A stretch of DNA of 63,125 nt, filler included, from Nemertoderma westbladi (taxonomy: Eukaryota; Animalia; Xenacoelomorpha): assembly GCA_032718475.1 (NCBI GenBank). It is 3 parts of 3 records of this genome, joined end to end, with 100 filler letters (N's around TTAATTAATTAA, not from the genome) between each part and the next. Parts side by side here need not be neighbours in the genome. Positions count along the whole stretch, not along the records: positions 57,521 to 63,125 come from JAUCBJ010000297.1; 2 more parts are not named here. The stretch is one strand, 5' to 3'. Shown one piece after another: positions 60,618-63,125 of this stretch. The position numbers were made by a program, and so were the translations under genes. Position 1 is the first letter of the stretch; each line of letters opens with the position of its first letter. The notes beneath the pieces were generated by a model. The model was not told where the DNA came from. It saw only the letters and a list, made by a program, of their open reading frames with translations, and did not search any database.

Positions 60618-63125
60618 GGGTGGTTGGTGGCAATGAACTCTAATAAGGGCGCCCTTTTGGGTGGTTGGTGGCAATGAACTCTAATAAGGGCGCCTTTTGG
60701 GTGGTTGGTGGCAATGAACTCTAATAAGGGCGCCCTTTTGGGTGGTTGGTGGCAATGAACTCTAATAAGGGCGCCCTTTTGGGTGGTTGGTGGCAATGAA
60801 CTCTAATAAGGGCGCCCTTTTGGGTGGTTGGTGGCAATGAACTCTAATAAGGGCGCCCTTTTGGGTGGTTGGTGGCAATGAACTCTAATAAGGGCGCCCT
60901 TTTGGGTGGTTGGTGGCAATGAACTCTAATAAGGGCGCCCTTTTGGGTGGTTGGTGGCAATGAACTCTAATAAGGGCGCCCTTTTGGGTGGTTGGTGGCA
61001 ATGAACTCTAATAAGGGCGCCCTTTTGGGTGGTTGGTGGCAATGAACTCTAATAAGGGCGCCCTTTTGGGTGGTTGGTGGCAATGAACTCTAATAAGGGC
61101 GCCCTTTTGGGTGGTTGGTGGCAATGAACTCTAATAAGGGCGCCCTTTTGGGTGGTTGGTGGCAATGAACTCTAATAAGGGCGCCCTTTTGGGTGGTTGG
61201 TGGCAATGAACTCTAATAAGGGCGCCCTTTTGGGTGGTTGGTGGCAATGAACTCTAATAAGGGCGCCCTTTTGGGTGGTTGGTGGCAATGAACTCTAATA
61301 AGGGCGCCCTTTTGGGTGGTTGGTGGCAATGAACTCTAATAAGGGCGCCCTTTTGGGTGGTTGGTGGCAATGAACTCTAATAAGGGCGCCCTTTTGGGTG
61401 GTTGGTGGCAATGAACTCTAATAAGGGCGCCCTTTTGGGTGGTTGGTGGCAATGAACTCTAATAAGGGCGCCCTTTTGGGTGGTTGGTGGCAATGAACTC
61501 TAATAAGGGCGCCCTTTTGGGTGGTTGGTGGCAATGAACTCTAATAAGGGCGCCCTTTTGGGTGGTTGGTGGCAATGAACTCTAATAAGGGCGCCCTTTT
61601 GGGTGGTTGGTGGCAATGAACTCTAATAAGGGCGCCCTTTTGGGTGGTTGGTGGCAATGAACTCTAATAAGGGCGCCCTTTTGGGTGGTTGGTGGCAATG
61701 AACTCTAATAAGGGCGCCCTTTTGGGTGGTTGGTGGCAATGAACTCTAATAAGGGCGCCCTTTTGGGTGGTTGGTGGCAATGAACTCTAATAAGGGCGCC
61801 CTTTTGGGTGGTTGGTGGCAATGAACTCTAATAAGGGCGCCCTTTTGGGTGGTTGGTGGCAATGAACTCTAATAAGGGCGCCCTTTTGGGTGGTTGGTGG
61901 CAATGAACTCTAATAAGGGCGCCCTTTTGGGTGGTTGGTGGCAATGAACTCTAATAAGGGCGCCCTTTTGGGTGGTTGGTGGCAATGAACTCTAATAAGG
62001 GCGCCCTTTTGGGTGGTTGGTGGCAATGAACTCTAATAAGGGCGCCCTTTTGGGTGGTTGGTGGCAATGAACTCTAATAAGGGCGCCCTTTTGGGTGGTT
62101 GGTGGCAATGAACTCTAATAAGGGCGCCCTTTTGGGTGGTTGGTGGCAATGAACTCTAATAAGGGCGCCCTTTTGGGTGGTTGGTGGCAATGAACTCTAA
62201 TAAGGGCGCCCTTTTGGGTGGTTGGTGGCAATGAACTCTAATAAGGGCGCCCTTTTGGGTGGTTGGTGGCAATGAACTCTAATAAGGGCGCCCTTTTGGG
62301 TGGTTGGTGGCAATGAACTCTAATAAGGGCGCCCTTTTGGGTGGTTGGTGGCAATGAACTCTAATAAGGGCGCCCTTTTGGGTGGTTGGTGGCAATGAAC
62401 TCTAATAAGGGCGCCCTTTTGGGTGGTTGGTGGCAATGAACTCTAATAAGGGCGCCCTTTTGGGTGGTTGGTGGCAATGAACTCTAATAAGGGCGCCCTT
62501 TTGGGTGGTTGGTGGCAATGAACTCTAATAAGGGCGCCCTTTTGGGTGGTTGGTGGCAATGAACTCTAATAAGGGCGCCCTTTTGGGTGGTTGGTGGCAA
62601 TGAACTCTAATAAGGGCGCCCTTTTGGGTGGTTGGTGGCAATGAACTCTAATAAGGGCGCCCTTTTGGGTGGTTGGTGGCAATGAACTCTAATAAGGGCG
62701 CCCTTTTGGGTGGTTGGTGGCAATGAACTCTAATAAGGGCGCCCTTTTGGGTGGTTGGTGGCAATGAACTCTAATAAGGGCGCCCTTTTGGGTGGTTGGT
62801 GGCAATGAACTCTAATAAGGGCGCCCTTTTGGGTGGTTGGTGGCAATGAACTCTAATAAGGGCGCCCTTTTGGGTGGTTGGTGGCAATGAACTCTAATAA
62901 GGGCGCCCTTTTGGGTGGTTGGTGGCAATGAACTCTAATAAGGGCGCCCTTTTGGGTGGTTGGTGGCAATGAACTCTAATAAGGGCGCCCTTTTGGGTGG
63001 TTGGTGGCAATGAACTCTAATAAGGGCGCCCTTTTGGGTGGTTGGTGGCAATGAACTCTAATAAGGGCGCCCTTTTGGGTGGTTGGTGGCAATGAACTCT
63101 AATAAGGGCGCCCTTTTGGGTGGTT
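60618..63125. repeat. Highly homogeneous 41-bp satellite, ~61 copies, running to the window end
   Basis: Unit GGGTGGTTGGTGGCAATGAACTCTAATAAGGGCGCCCTTTT; by eye only the second copy differs (one C missing). Confidence 0.99.

Noticed and set aside
60296-60796. 166-aa minus-strand ORF
   Set aside because: Begins within the 41-bp satellite at a non-ATG codon and continues into AT-rich non-coding sequence.

Overview
AT-rich, repeat-dense animal (invertebrate-like) genomic DNA. It consists of three contigs joined by two artificial 100-nt spacers (N44-TTAATTAATTAA-N44, at 31307-31406 and 57421-57520), so adjacency across them is unproven. Recognisable genes: an intronless ZNF532/592/687-type C2H2 protein (4033-6612,+), intronless LCMT2/TYW4 (16288-18267,+), intronless RPL27A (21097-21555,-), and a 3-exon lysosomal alpha-mannosidase, MAN2B1-like (49507-39890,-, 1005 aa). 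Reading beyond the ORF track gave a 5-exon, 273-aa gene I cannot assign to a family (13512-7762,-) with candidate alternative first exons, a terminal exon encoding an ShKT domain (30808-30687,-), and a WD40 pseudogene (~59651-58950,-). Most of the rest is transposon-derived: RTE, CRE-like, Penelope-like (with minimal hammerhead ribozyme motifs), Gypsy, an LTR, and non-autonomous hAT/P-, MULE-, piggyBac-, Kolobok- and TA-type elements, often nested. There are also several satellites. Notable patterns: frequent TA-bounded short motifs resembling transposon excision footprints, and a tandem array that multiplies a MAN2B1 5' splice site. All coordinates and translations were done by eye; no database searches were run.
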